A DNA stretch of 64,000 bases, taken from contig NC_043008.1 in the NCBI RefSeq assembly GCF_006345805.1, forward strand, positions 49,910,001 to 49,974,000. Reading direction: 5' to 3'. The stretch's first letter is position 1, and each line of letters starts with the position of its first letter. The DNA is from Octopus sinensis (Eukaryota). Of this stretch, positions 1-12,446 are shown piece after piece. The notes under the pieces were generated by a model. That model was not told the origin of the DNA. It saw nothing but the letters and a program-made list of their open reading frames with translations, and did no database searches. Both the position numbers and the translations under genes were made by a program.

Positions 1-189
1 ATGTCCCCCTACATGGCCTTGCTATTTGCTTTTGAGCCAAATTAACTAACTAACTAACTAACTAACTAACTCCATTCAGAGAACCACACACAACAGTTTG
101 ACTTTTTTTTCTGGTTTCAATGGGTTTTCAAGTGATTTTCCAACCACTTCAATCTTTCTGTCTATTTTGAATTTCGCTTCACATTTTCC

Positions 190-415
190 TGTTTTCAGAT
201 TACAACTTTTACCATTTTCAGTCATTGGACTGCAGCCATGCTGGGGTATCGCCTTCAATAGGTTTAGTCGAACAAATCGACTCAAATACCTTTTATTTTT
301 AATTTTTAACCTGAAACTTATTCTCTCGAACGCTTTGCCGAACCGCTAGGTTACGAGAAAGTAAAGAAACCACCACCGGTGGTGGATCCTCAACACAAAC
401 ATTAAGTCACACACG

Positions 416-420
<5 letters not shown>
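190..420 (-). mobile_element. 3' tail half of tRNA/CORE-type SINE (family A), running into a (TA)n tract
   Basis: Matches the tail of the full copies at 21177-21590 and 33893-34282 (cagtcattggactgcagccatgctgg ... ttacgagaa ... acaaacattaagtcacacacg). Confidence 0.75.
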
Positions 421-450
<30 letters not shown>

Positions 451-661
451 TGAAATAGAAAGATGAATAATCTTGTTGCAGATTAATCAAAAGTTTAACC
501 GATACCTTGGTAGCAAAAATCACAGCAGAAGACAGCACGGTTGGAGGTACAACCATATGGTGTTGCAACCGTGCGTTGGTGCGGATAATTGAATTTTAAT
601 ATTATTAGTGAATTGAAGAAATGGAGTTGAACGAAGATTGAACAGAAATCGTTTTATTGCA

Positions 662-741
662 TTCTACACGTGTTTCGAAAGGCACAATTTACCAAATTCC
701 GAATGAATAATGAGACCATATTGTGTCTTTCTCTTCAGGAA
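662..741 (-). ncRNA. Type I hammerhead ribozyme fold, Penelope-like minimal type, intact core
   Basis: Minus strand reads TTC-CTGAAGA-GAAAGACACAA-(33 nt loop)-TTGTGCCTTTC-GAA-ACACGTGT-A-GAA. Canonical CUGANGA and GAAA, 10/11 bp stem II, palindromic helix III, GUA cleavage triplet, 3 bp stem I. AATAAA follows at 658-653. Confidence 0.8.
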
Positions 742-1100
742 GAAATAGGAAATCCGTTGGAATAAACAAAAACAGAACAGAGGCGGAGCAAAACAAATCG
801 AACGAGGCTCCTAAGAGCCCATGGCCAAACTGTTTATCAATGTATGTTGAAAACTGGTGGTGGGTGCGTTGAGGATTTTAACGGGTCAGGCAGCGGTCAT
901 TCCGGTGGGTGAGGGCACGGAGTGCGTAGATGTTCTTTGTGACCGAGACTAAAGTTCTGACTATTTAAAGAATATTAGGGTATTATATGGGGCGAGCCAA
1001 AATCTACTTAGAGACATGTGTGTGTGTACTGTTCTATATATGTGTGCGGCCGCAAGTTGGTAAGAAGCGCTACATTCTGGTCACTGCTGAGAAAGTTGTG

Positions 1101-1130
<30 letters not shown>

Positions 1131-1134
<4 letters not shown>

Positions 1135-1356
1135 CACAACTTTCTCTCACTCTTTCTTCCTGTTTCTGTTGTACCTGTACTTCAAAGGGCCGGCCTTGTC
1201 ACTCTCTGTGTCACGCTGAATATCCCTGAGAACTACGTTAAGGGTACACGTGTCTGTGGAGTGCTCAACCACTTACACGTTAATTTCACGAGCAGGCTGT
1301 TCCGTTGATTCGGATCAACCGGAACCCTCATCATCGTAACCGACGGAGTGCTTCCA
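1131..1356 (+). mobile_element. SINE fragment (family C tail)
   Basis: Reverse complement matches 29805-29960 (gggttccagttgacccgatcaacgg ... gacaaggctggccctttgaaatacaggtacaac). Confidence 0.75.
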
Positions 1357-1358
1357 TA

Positions 1359-1406
<48 letters not shown>

Positions 1407-1410
<4 letters not shown>

Positions 1411-1912
1411 CTCCAAATGTCATCGAAGCCAGAAACCATCTAAAGTCTATATCTCTAGCTTACCACCGTTCTTCATCCCAGTCACTGAAGATCCAACTTA
1501 TAACTGCCAAGAAGAATCTTGATGTTGCTTACTTGAACGCCGAGGTCGACTTTGTAAACGGCAAAATTAGCAACCTATCTAAAGAGTACATTAGTAAAAA
1601 ACACCATCTCGCCTGGAAATCCATCAAAGACCTTTCAGGCAAAAAGTCTGGGTCATCAATTAGAATTAAAGGGGGATCAGCTAAGAAGCGTTTAGAAAAT
1701 TGGTCAATTCATTTTAAAAAACTTCTTAGGAAGAATGCCAAAATCCCTGATAACCCCACTCTTCCAAGTGTGCCTATATCAGATACGCTGGACATCAACA
1801 CCTCCCCTTTTACCATATTTGAACTAACAGCAGCCACTAAACAACTGAAAGCCTCGAAAGCATTTGGTCCCGACAACATCCCAGCTATAATTTGGAAGGA
1901 TGATAGATTTCA
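1407..1912 (+). mobile_element. Non-LTR retrotransposon ORF2 fragment (linker between endonuclease and RT), inserted between (TA)n and (TG)n
   Basis: Open frame ending ...SPFTIFELTAATKQLKASKAFGPDNIPAIIWK. KAxGPDxIP is the usual motif just before LINE RT domain 0/1. Confidence 0.8.
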
Positions 1913-1913
1913 C

Positions 1914-1949
<36 letters not shown>

Positions 1950-2379
1950 TATGACAGCAATGTCATTGCAGTCTGAAACTGCATTGCATGTTCTCCACAA
2001 AGTTTCTTATATTCCTCAATGAGAATTTTAAATTTCCAACGGAGACAACGGACACCAATGGAGACTTGAAAGTTCTGTCATAGTTTTCTTTCATTGGCGT
2101 GAGCGTCACTTGAAGTTTCTGAATGGCGGAGCCGTTTGTACCTGAAGTGACGGCATTTCTAAAACATCTTCAGATACCGAGTATCTGCACTCGAGAGGCC
2201 CGCTAAAGTGATCCAAACTTATACAATTACCGTTGCATTCTAAAAGCTGACATGAAACTTTCTTCTCTGATGTTGTATGCTCCAAAATAAATCACGCAGA
2301 CTGCAGAGTTTTTTTTTCTGAAGTTCTGCAAAAATATCTGAATTCTTTAAAAGTGACATTTATAAGCTGTTTGTTGCTG

Positions 2380-2910
2380 GGGTGGGGCTCTGGTGGATTA
2401 GCAAAGCCTGACAGATTAACTTCTCTACAAGAGCAGCACATTGCTGTCGTCACTTGTTTTTAATTCTTGGCTATGCATTTTTTACAATTTGTTCGGAAGC
2501 ATAACCACGCCCAGGATCATAGTTTTAGGCGTCTTTCTCCACCCGATACTCATGTGTGTTAAAATAAGATCTAACCTCTGCTTTTGCCTGGGCTTTTTAC
2601 CCGACCTGGTGCTGCTGTAGATCTTCAGTGTGTCTGTGCGTAATCTGTCGAGCAGAAATTCTGTTGAACGTAAGCTTGCTGTTCACTAATCATCTCCAGT
2701 TGTCTATCTCTAGTCTGTCTCGTAGTATTCTGTTCACGGCGAGTTTCGCATTTACTGTTAGTTTCAATTCTTCTGCGAGCTGCCTTCCAGTTACAATTTT
2801 TGCAAGTTTCTCATCTTGCCCTCTGGTCAATCTTGCATTTAGCAGGGACATTATTTTTTCCGAGACATTATTGATGAAAATATCCTTAGTAGTAAATCGC
2901 TGCTAAAAGG
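2380..2910 (-). pseudogene. Possible decayed piggyBac-like transposase C-terminus
   Basis: Hand translation gives ...LLNARL...GRQLAEELKL... followed by a Cys-rich stretch CFRTNCKKCIAKN*KQVTTAMCCSC, resembling a piggyBac cysteine-rich domain. Several stops are present. Confidence 0.3.
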
Positions 2911-3092
2911 GAAGACTAGAATTGTTGTGGCAGTAATTTGAAATTGCATCCAAAAAACTTGATTTCCCGCAGTGAGGAAGACCATGAAGCATTACTCACA
3001 GCGTCCCATTCTTCAGAGATGTAGAAGAGTCGAGCAAATAATTAACAAACTGTTCGGAAAAAAAAAAAAAAAGATTCTACTAAAAAGTTCAT

Positions 3093-3517
3093 CGGGGCCG
3101 AATTAGAAAGCATAGGGACCCTAATCACCTAATCACTTAAAAGATGCTGGTGCCCTGATATATAATTCAAAGTATAAACAGTAATAAGCCATAAAATAAA
3201 TTTTATTTTTCAAAATGAAACCAAATTAACCGTAAGATGGAAGATATTGTCTATATTTCCACAATTCCATTTTCGATATATTGGAAAAGTTTTCTCTGCT
3301 TCTTTTTAATTGCAACACTTTGATTAGATCCTTAAAATTTATCTTACATAACACAACTGCTTCTATATTTAGTAGAGATGTGGCATTCTGAATATTATTT
3401 TAGCAAGTTTAACATGGTTCTTTTGTCCCGTGCACCATTTACCATTTCGGTGGTGCCGCCACTTCCCATGATGCCCTAAGCACGTGCCTATTTTGCTTAA
3501 TGGTTAATACAGCTCCG
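3093..3517. mobile_element. Degenerate hAT-like MITE
   Basis: Ends cggggccgaatta... and ...ttaatacagctccg resemble the CAGGGCCGGATTA-type terminal inverted repeats. Confidence 0.35.
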
Positions 3518-4139
3518 AGAGCGATGTAAAATACAGCACGGAATGGAAATAAGAGGGAAAAAAATAATTGATTTATGCTTTTCATACTAACCACAAAAGA
3601 TGGATTTGAACTTGGAATGCAAAGAGACCAAACTAAATCGTTTTCCCACATACTCTTAGAATATTCATTAATAAATTATTCATTTTGTTTAGTTCAAAGA
3701 TTTCTTTTAATCGAAATCGCCCCTGGTTCTTAATTGTAGGATTATCATTACAAAGGCAAAAAGGAAAAGATCGTCTGTGTTGGGGCAGGGCATTCTTTTG
3801 TGCAGTGTGTTTGCTAAATAGCCTTCATTCAATGCTGAAACCTTCATCATTTGCATTACTTAAATGTATGACTGTCACATAATACAGTTTTCCCTTTTTA
3901 GTATAATATACATGTCTACCAAATGCAGATGTCCTTGTTCCCTTTTTCTGTCAGAGGTTGACGTTTGTTACATTGAAAATAGTAACAATTCATTTATTCA
4001 GAATTTGCTTACGCTTTTCTTTTAAAGTTTTGTAAAGCTTCAGACTTGTGCATAATTTTACAAATACATTGGGAGTAGTCCTTATCTCTCTCTCTCTCTC
4101 TCTTTATGTACCCCCACTTTCATATATATATATATACAA

Positions 4140-4172
<33 letters not shown>

Positions 4173-5451
4173 TATGTACGCATTTATGTAATCTATATGT
4201 GTGTGTGTATTTGTGCGTATGTATGATTGTAAGAATATTATGTGTGTGTGTGTTTGTGTGTGTGTTTATGTGTGTGTGTGTGTTGTATGTGTGTTTGTGT
4301 GTGTTGTGTGTGTTGTGTGTGTGTGTACAATATATGTATTTACGTGCGTATGTATTTAAGTATGTATGCATGTATGTATGCGTCAATATATATATGTACG
4401 TGTGTGTATGTGTGTATACGTATGTATGTGTGTGCATGTATGAATGCATGTGTGTGTGTGTGTGGTGTATGTGTGTGCATGTATGAATGCATATGTGTGT
4501 GTGTGTGTGTGTGTGGTGTATGCGTATAAAACCTAATAGGTGGCGCCCCAGTCCAATGACTAAAACCAATAAAAGAAATACACCAAATATTTTGTTGTTT
4601 AACAATTTCAATTCCAACGCGAGTCTAGTCACGTCTTCCTGTCGTTCTCCCCTTCAACTTACGACGGTCGTCCGTTTTATTTGCCATGATTTTCGACAGC
4701 TTCATTGTATTTAAGATTTCGCTATTTAAACAATTTGAAAACAATACAGAAATTTACGACCGACGAAACCCTACGGAGCTTACAAACTTCTTGGCTTTTA
4801 CAAACTGTTTTTTTTTTTTTGTAAATATGCAATAAAAAAACACAACTGCGGATAATTGAAGTAATTCACAATTACACAAATACAGATGAGATGCAAATGA
4901 AAACAGTGAAATTTTCAAAATAATCCCAGAAGAAGCAACCGATTTGGACGGCTTAGTGACGTTTCGGCGCCGCCAATTTGGCGTCGCTGATTCGACGCTG
5001 CCTTATTTGACATCAGTCATTGTTTTTTAACGTTTTTCTCGTTCTCTCTTCCCCTCTCTCCCTCCTGCCCTCTCTTTCTCTCTCTGTTTATATCTATGGG
5101 TATATTTCTCTTTGTGTGTGTGAGGAAATGGAAAGTGTTTAGGTCAGTCGTGTTTAATTAATAAAGTGTAATGTCGCTCTCTTTCTTTTCTCTCTTTTCT
5201 AATTGTATATTTCTGGGCGAACGCGTATGTGTGTCTCTGGCATAAAATGTCTTGTTTCCAAAACAGGTTGAATGTCCAGTCAGCCTTGATAAATCGTTAG
5301 TGTCCGAACAGCTGCGTTCAATCGTTTCATTCTAGGCTTTGACCAGTTTCAATCGCTCCTTACTACTTGACCGGTACAATATCTTTTTTAGACCCAGTGA
5401 GAATGAAAATCAAATTCGAATCGAGAGGAGATTTGAACGTAACTTATTACT

Positions 5452-5686
5452 TATTTCTTTACTACCCACAAGGGGCTAAACACAGAGAGGACAAACAAGG
5501 ACAGACAAACAGATTAAGTCGATTATATCGACCCCAGTGCGTAACTGGTACTTATTTAATCGACCCCGAAAGGATGAAAGGCAAAGTCGACCTCGGCGGA
5601 ATTTGAACTCAGAACGTAACGGCAGACAAAATACGGCTAAGCATTTCGCCCGGCGTGCTAACGTTTCTGCCAGCTCGCCGCCTTAA
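5452..5686 (-). mobile_element. tRNA-derived SINE (family B), full length
   Basis: Minus strand begins taaggcggcgagctggcagaaacg (A-box-like), then gagttcaaattcc (B-box), and ends ccccttgtgggtagtaaagaaataag. Further copies lie near 9415-9612, 10820-10987, 18440-18600, 29300-29480, 29555-29740, 41255-41476, 47800-47950, 48840-49040 and 53625-53840. Confidence 0.85.
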
Positions 5687-5895
5687 CTTATTACTGCAAC
5701 GCATTTGGTCCGTCCCTCTCAGATTCTGTTAATCGTTATCAAATTTCCTAAGATGGTGAGCTGGCAGAATAGTTAGTGCGACGGACAAAACACTCAGCGA
5801 CATTTCTTCCGTAGAAATGCTCATCTGATGCCGAACCGCATCACTTGCGGTCAACATCTCGATAAAGGTCGCTCTTGCCTGCCATTATCCTAGAC

Positions 5896-6002
5896 CAGTG
5901 GTTCCCAAACTTTTCACAGCGGCTTCCAACAGTGGCTCCCAACCTTTATATTTAAATGACTTTTCTCACGGACCCCTTTTAATATGCCTATCCTTATATA
6001 TA

Positions 6003-6052
<50 letters not shown>

Positions 6053-6203
6053 AGGAACCAAGAAGTGGACCGAAACGACGAATCGGAACGAACCTGATGC
6101 GGGGCGCTGTCAGACAATAAGGTGATAAATAAAAATATATGCATACATACAAACATATATGTACGTACCTACATCTACGTGTATATATACATGCATATAT
6201 AAA

Positions 6204-6256
<53 letters not shown>

Positions 6257-6600
6257 CGTTTATATATTATATATATATATAATACGTTTATATATATATA
6301 TATATAATACGTTTATATATATATATATATATAATACGTTTATATATATATATATATAATACGTTTATATATATATATATATATATATACGTTTATATAT
6401 ATATATATATAATACGTTTATATATATATATATATATATCTATATATATATATACGTTTAAATATTTGTTGTGCAAGATTTTATATATATATAATATATA
6501 TATTGTTTTATTTATATTTCCTGAACGCCATACTAATACAATTGTTTGTTGTTTTCCACCTGCCTTCGTCTTTTGTCTATTTTCATAAAGCTTCCCGTTA

Positions 6601-6651
<51 letters not shown>

Positions 6652-6730
6652 TTTGAATTTAGTTCACGGACCCCCAGTACTACATTTGCGGACCACCAGG
6701 GATCGGCGGACCCCAGGTTGCGAACTTCTG
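5896..6730. mobile_element. hAT (Charlie-like) MITE with nested microsatellites
   Basis: TIRs cagtggttcccaaac / ggttgcgaacttctg. 8-bp TSD tcctagac (5888-5895) / tcccagac (6731-6738). Confidence 0.7.
6250..6460. repeat. Minisatellite of (TA)n punctuated by ATACGTTTA
   Basis: About seven recurrences of ataatacgtttata separated by TA runs of variable length. Confidence 0.85.
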
Positions 6731-7031
6731 TCCCAGACATTATCCTAACTAAATTTATTTCCGACTTTGGACTTGCAAATGTTTCCATGGCACTGTATGT
6801 TCGATTCTGATATTTATGAATTTGTTTCTTTATTTATTTATTTATTTATTTATTTATTACTTTTTTTCAGTTCTTGGGTTGAGGTCATGCCTGATGGGGT
6901 GGGCACTGCCTCGAAGGATACTTATTTCATCGGATATTTCGTGCCAAACCGCTATGTTACCGGGCATGTAAACAAACAAACGCCGGTTGTCAAACGCTGA
7001 GACACAAACATAACTGCACCCTACATTCACT

Positions 7032-7064
<33 letters not shown>

Positions 7065-7431
7065 CACATACATATATACATACATACATACATGCACACG
7101 TATGCACGTACCTATAGATACATACACACATACCCGCTCATATCCGAAATACATACACGCACTCATGCAGAAACACTCACAGACACACAGTTTAACTCAC
7201 TCATACATGCAAACTAACGCATACACAAACTCGTACGCACACACTATGCACATAGTCATATTGTCGTAAACACACACATACACACGCACGCGCTTATATT
7301 CGGATGCATACATGTACGTATGTACACAAATGCGCGGAAACACCCATACACGTGTAGACGCGCCCATATACACATATACACTTACACACACATATAGTCG
7401 TACACACACACACATGAACATAGACGCACAT

Positions 7432-7875
7432 GCTCACACACATACACACACACGGCTCACATTCACAGAAATACATACATACCCATATCTGGGTACATGG
7501 ACGTACTCATATCTGGGTACATTGACGTACTCATATACGGGTACATGGAGCCCATATACACATATACACATACACAGACCCATACACACGCATATAGTCG
7601 TACACACACACACACACACACTCACACACGACTCACATTCACAGAAATACATACATACCCATATCTGGGTACATGGACGTACTCATATCTGGGTACATGG
7701 ACGTACTCATATACGGGTACATGGAGCCCATATACACATATACACATACACAGACCCATACACACGCATATAGTCGTAACACACACACACACACACACAC
7801 ACTCACACACGACTCACATTCACACAAATACATACATACCCATATCTGGATACATGGACGTACTCATATACGTAC
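7432..7875. repeat. Tandem repeat of about 180 bp (2.5 units) with internal 24-bp subrepeats
   Basis: Unit cacgactcacattcacagaaatacatacatacc(catatctgggtacatggacgtact)x2catatacgggtacatggagccc... recurs at about 7450, 7627 and 7808. Confidence 0.85.
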
Positions 7876-8635
7876 TCGTGCGGAAACACAAACGTACAAT
7901 CATCCTCACTCCTATGCACATATCCACACACACACACACACATACACGCACATACACACACGTTGCACACGCAGTCGTATAGTTACATAAACACACGCAC
8001 ACACACAAGAAGACACGCAAACACGCAAATACACACACACATGACTCACTGTATTCTCTTAAAAGTGTCCTCTTTGAATAACGAGGAACTTATTGTGTGT
8101 TGTTGTTGTTTAATGCTTCTGTAGTAATTGTTTTTTTGTTGTTGTTGTTGTTGTTGGTGCTGTTGTTGACGTCGTCCTATCTTCACCAAAATGAGGACAA
8201 CGCCTGTTCTAAGGGACTGTTTAATGTTTTTACCAGAACCCAACAAACCCAGAGCCATAATCCACCACCACCACCACCACCACCACCGCCACCACCACCA
8301 CCAGTGCCACAACTACCACCGCCACAACCACCACCACCACCACCACCACCATCACCACCACTACGTCACAGCTTACTTTGAGTTCAGTACTTTATCGGTG
8401 CAAGAAATCTTGGCGTTTGACACTGGGCTTGGTTAGAAGCGGAGAGTATTTGCGGTGTGGGGCAAGGAGTGACACTGTTTTCTTTTAATAATTAGTCAGC
8501 GAAAGAAAGGAGTAGTGCCCCCCGTGACCTTCTCTAAGACCTCCCACTCAGATGAGATCAATGCATTTAATGTCCCTGGATGAACGAATAAAAAAATGAT
8601 GATTCAACACATTTTTCAAATAATATGCACACACA

Positions 8636-8666
<31 letters not shown>

Positions 8667-8849
8667 AAACAAACATTCATATTTTGATGTTGACGAAAGC
8701 AAATCTGAATTTTTCGCTTGTGCGAACGTTCAAAACGCGAAACGCATGGCTGCCATTTTGTTTAACACTAAGCTTCGAAGGAATAAAATCAAAACAAAAC
8801 AGACTCTGACACGTGTATTGAGTTCTTGTTTCCCCTTTCATCAATCCAA

Positions 8850-8887
<38 letters not shown>

Positions 8888-8889
<2 letters not shown>

Positions 8890-9065
8890 CAGTGAATAGG
8901 TCGCGGTCTTAAAGCGACGAAAATATTTTGACAAACTTAAATGTTGAAGTGAATCGAACGGCTTTTGTGTGTTTCTTAAATGGCTTACAAACACCTTCCA
9001 CGCTGCAATGTTTTTCGTTTCTGCACACGATCTCAGATCAAATCACTTGCTATGCGAGTACATCT

Positions 9066-9068
<3 letters not shown>
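8888..9068. repeat. Unclassified interspersed repeat of about 190 bp associated with (TA)n
   Basis: gtcagtgaataggtcgcggtc ... cacttgctatgcgagtacatctcc. Other copies at 28782-28945 (opposite strand), 29008-29198 and 31215-31426. Confidence 0.8.
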
Positions 9069-9115
<47 letters not shown>

Positions 9116-9726
9116 TAATCCAAACATGATAACACAAAGAGAAAACACAACACATTTTTCATCTCTCCGTTAATTCGTTGTTCTCTCTCCATTTTTTCCT
9201 CTCATCCTTTTTGCGTCGAAGAGGATAGGCTGGAAACGTCCTGAGAGTCAGCCTAAAACACCTGCTTGTCGTTCCCTCACTTGACACAACTTGTCTTTTA
9301 AATGCGAGGAAACTGAAGTCAGCATATTTTTTTTTTCGTGTGTGTGATATGTTCACGCATGGTGGGACGTAATATAGGTATACCCTCGTTTTTTTTTTCT
9401 TTCTACTATAGCATAAGGTCTGAAATTTCGTGGGAGGTGGGTAGTCGATTACATGGACCCCAGGGTACAAGTGGTTCTTATTTTAGCGACCAAGAAAGTA
9501 TAAAATACAAAGTCGACTTCGGCCGCATTTGAACTCAGAATGTAAAGTACCAGAAGACATGCTGCTATGTATTTTGTTCGGTGCGGCAACGATTCTGCCA
9601 GCTCACCGCCTTGAGGGTTATCCTAAAACTAGGGCTATGCTAAAACCCATTTCCATTGCTGGATAACTAAACAATATTCTTCTTTCTACCTCGTAATTAA
9701 ATGAACCAATGTTTTTTTTTTTTCAG

Positions 9727-9896
9727 TTATAAAAAGTGATTCGGAAAAGAAGATATTTGGAAGGATTTCAGAGATCAACGGTGTCACGGTTCACCTGGCC
9801 GGTGCTGAGTTTTCCTATATGCGGCTCAAAAAGGGTTTGTGTCCAGGACAATGCATATTCAGCAAAGGAACCACCAATGAAAGTGTAACAGTTGAG
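9727..9896 (+). CDS. ADAMTS-like protein (ADAMTSL4/THSD4 type), internal exon, ADAMTS spacer domain
   Basis: Acceptor (t)13cag| and donor |gtaagt. 170 nt, phase 1 in, phase 0 out. xIKSDSEKKIFGRISEINGVTVHLAGAEFSYMRLKKGLCPGQCIFSKGTTNESVTVE fits the spacer motif AGxxFxY...GPTxExxxxE and joins in frame to the exon at 25744. Confidence 0.85.
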
Positions 9897-10019
9897 GTAA
9901 GTCATCAATATTTTATATCACGACTGCAAGAAACCTATCTGACGCCATATAAAACGCTCTGACTGTAAAACATAAGAATAAATAATGAAAAAGGCGGAAT
10001 TCTATTTCAAGTACGCCAT

Positions 10020-10500
10020 ATAACTCCCTCGTAATTAAAAAAAAAATTGGGGCACTTTTAAGAAAACTTTTGCGTATGTATATCCTACACAAAGGAATTC
10101 ATATGATCATGTAAAAAAAAAAATTGGTGCGTGATTTAAGGGCTGTTATTTTTAGCACATCTCACAACTACCTCATACCATCCCCGCTTGTTCGTCAGTC
10201 TGACATATTGATGTTTTTCAATATCTTCTCCCCATAAACACATTTAATGGTCCATTGCTGCAATTTAAACCAAAAATTCGGACTGGCCGGATTTTATACG
10301 GTGATTTTTTTTTTAAATCGAAAAATTTTAAAAGAAGAATTTATTATTTTTTTTTTTTTTTAAATCTCGAAAAATTAAGAAGAAAATGTTTTTTCTTAGT
10401 CGTATAAATCCCCGTGTGTAGAATACAAATTCTCAAAAAATTTTCTGAATATTCCAAAAAAATTGAGAAGTTATGAGGTTTTATATGGTGTGCTTAAAGC
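10020..10500. mobile_element. Possible MITE with long imperfect inverted repeats
   Basis: aaaacttttgcgtatgtatatcctacacaaaggaattcatatga (about 10064-10107) resembles the reverse complement of tcgtataaatccccgtgtgtagaatacaaattctcaaaaaatttt (about 10400-10444). Confidence 0.35.
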
Positions 10501-11472
10501 AGAGTTCTGGCAAAACAGTTTTTACATTAATATGCGCTGCTACAATTTGGACGAGTCTAATATGTCCATGAACCTTCTATAACAAGAAACAAGGTTATTA
10601 CATTATATATTTACTGCTGCAATCATTCCACTAGATTTTAAAACAAACAAACAAACAAAAAAACCTGTGTTCACAAGTCAATGGGCTGGTCACTATGTGG
10701 TCGCTCTACGTGCTGGAAACCGTAGCTAAAGCTCTCTCAAGCTAAACCGTATCGTCTTAAATGAAGGCTACGTATATTGGTTTCACATTTTGATACAAGG
10801 CCACTAATTTCGAAAGAGGGTCGATTACATTGACCCCCCCCCCAGTGATCAACTGGTACTTATTTTATCGATACCCAAAGGATGAAAGGCAAAGTCGATC
10901 TCGACGAAATTTGAACTCAGAATGTAACGAGGGGCGAAATACCGCTAACCATTTCGCCCGGCGTGCCAGCTCGCCAGTTCGCCACCCTAAAGGTTACATA
11001 TATTAAACAAATTATGTCTTGGCACACAAAAAAGGCGTACTGCCCCTCCCCTTTAACAAAACGAGAGTGGGGATCGAGAGCAAAAATGATAAAGACAGCA
11101 ACAACAATAAATGCAACCATTTTGTTTAACTTTAATGAAAACAAGACAGCAAGGAAGGCGCCTCTACGAGTTCATTCAGTCTCCTAGCAATAGCAACTAA
11201 ATCTTTCCTAAATCGTACTCTTCATGGACGCAGGCATTGCTGTGTGGCCAAGAATTTTGCTTCGCGACCATGAGGTTTCGGGTTCAGTCCCACAATGCAA
11301 AACCTTGAACAAGAAAGTGTTTTCTACTACAACACCTGACCAACCAATGTCCTTTGATTAAATCTGGAAACAGTAATTGTGCAAAAGATCGTCGCGTGTG
11401 TGTTTTGTGCGTGTGTGTGCGCGTGTATGTATATACTGAGAGATAGACTGACAAACAGAGGGTTAGATAAAT

Positions 11473-11510
<38 letters not shown>

Positions 11511-11651
11511 TTATATACAAATATGTATACACACACACGTGTGTGTGTGTATGTAAATATATACAATCACACACAAACGTATGTGTGTGTGTATATTATT
11601 ATATGTGAACTGATTTGCCTAACTTGATTCTCATTTCTATATTCACATATA

Positions 11652-12384
11652 CAGGGTGTCCCAAAAGTCCCTGAATGGTTTCACTTTTTAATAACTTAAT
11701 AACTTAACTTTACAAATAGATGCATGAAATTTTGATGCAATATAAAGGACATAATAGAAATTAATATGCACAAGTCAAATTTTACAAGACCGCTACATCA
11801 CATATTCAAAAATGACATCGCTTAAATGGCAGCCATTTTCGACTTCGTAGGCCCGAGCTCTTTCCAAAACTTTCACCATAACACCCTCAAGAGTTTCAGA
11901 CCCCACTTCTCTGATTTCTCTAATGATGTTCTCCTTCAGTTGCACCAGGGTCTCCGGTTTGTTGACATAAACCCTCTCTTTCAGGTATCCCCACAAGAAA
12001 AAATCCGGGCTCATCAAGTCTTGGGAACGTGAAGGCTATTCAAAGTAGACCCCACATATGATTCCAGAAAAATGAGGCAACTGCTTATACCGCAAGAGAA
12101 ACAATGCAGTTGCTACGGCAATGCTTGGGAGAGAGAAAAATCTCTGGCTACTCTTGAGGGTGTTATGGTACAAGTTTTGGAAAGAGTACGGGCATGCGAA
12201 GCCGAAAATGGCTGCCATTTAAACGACGTCATTTTACATATGTGATGTTGTGGTCTTGTAAAATTTGACTTGTGCATATTAATTTCCATCATGTCCTTTA
12301 TATTGTATCAAAAGTTCATGCATTTATTTGTAGAGTTAAGGAAGTTAAAAATTGAAACCCTTCAGTAACTTTTGGGACACCTTG
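11652..12384. mobile_element. Non-autonomous Tc1/mariner element, fold-back type
   Basis: TIRs cagggtgtcccaaaagt / acttttgggacaccttg with TA on both sides. Transposase C-terminal remnant SPDFFLWGYLKERVYVNKPETL...ENGCHL on the minus strand at 11793-12017. Inverted arms of about 240 bp. Confidence 0.85.
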
Positions 12385-12446
12385 TATACATATGTATGTA
12401 TGTATGTATGTATGTATGTGTGTCCAACTTTCTTGGAATTATATAC

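Noticed and set aside
41-72. (CTAA)n run as a possible telomeric remnant
   Set aside because: It is a plain tetranucleotide repeat, not TTAGGG or TTAGG.
8097-8381. ORF resembling a signal peptide plus polyproline
   Set aside because: Hydrophobic and Pro runs come from (TTG)n and (CCA)n repeats, the start is TTG, and no splice context links it to the gene.
9205-9245. Hammerhead-like GAAACGTC motifs here and at about 30580-30620, 30950-30980 and 40290-40325
   Set aside because: The core or stem II is too decayed or truncated to call. They may be older members of the same families.
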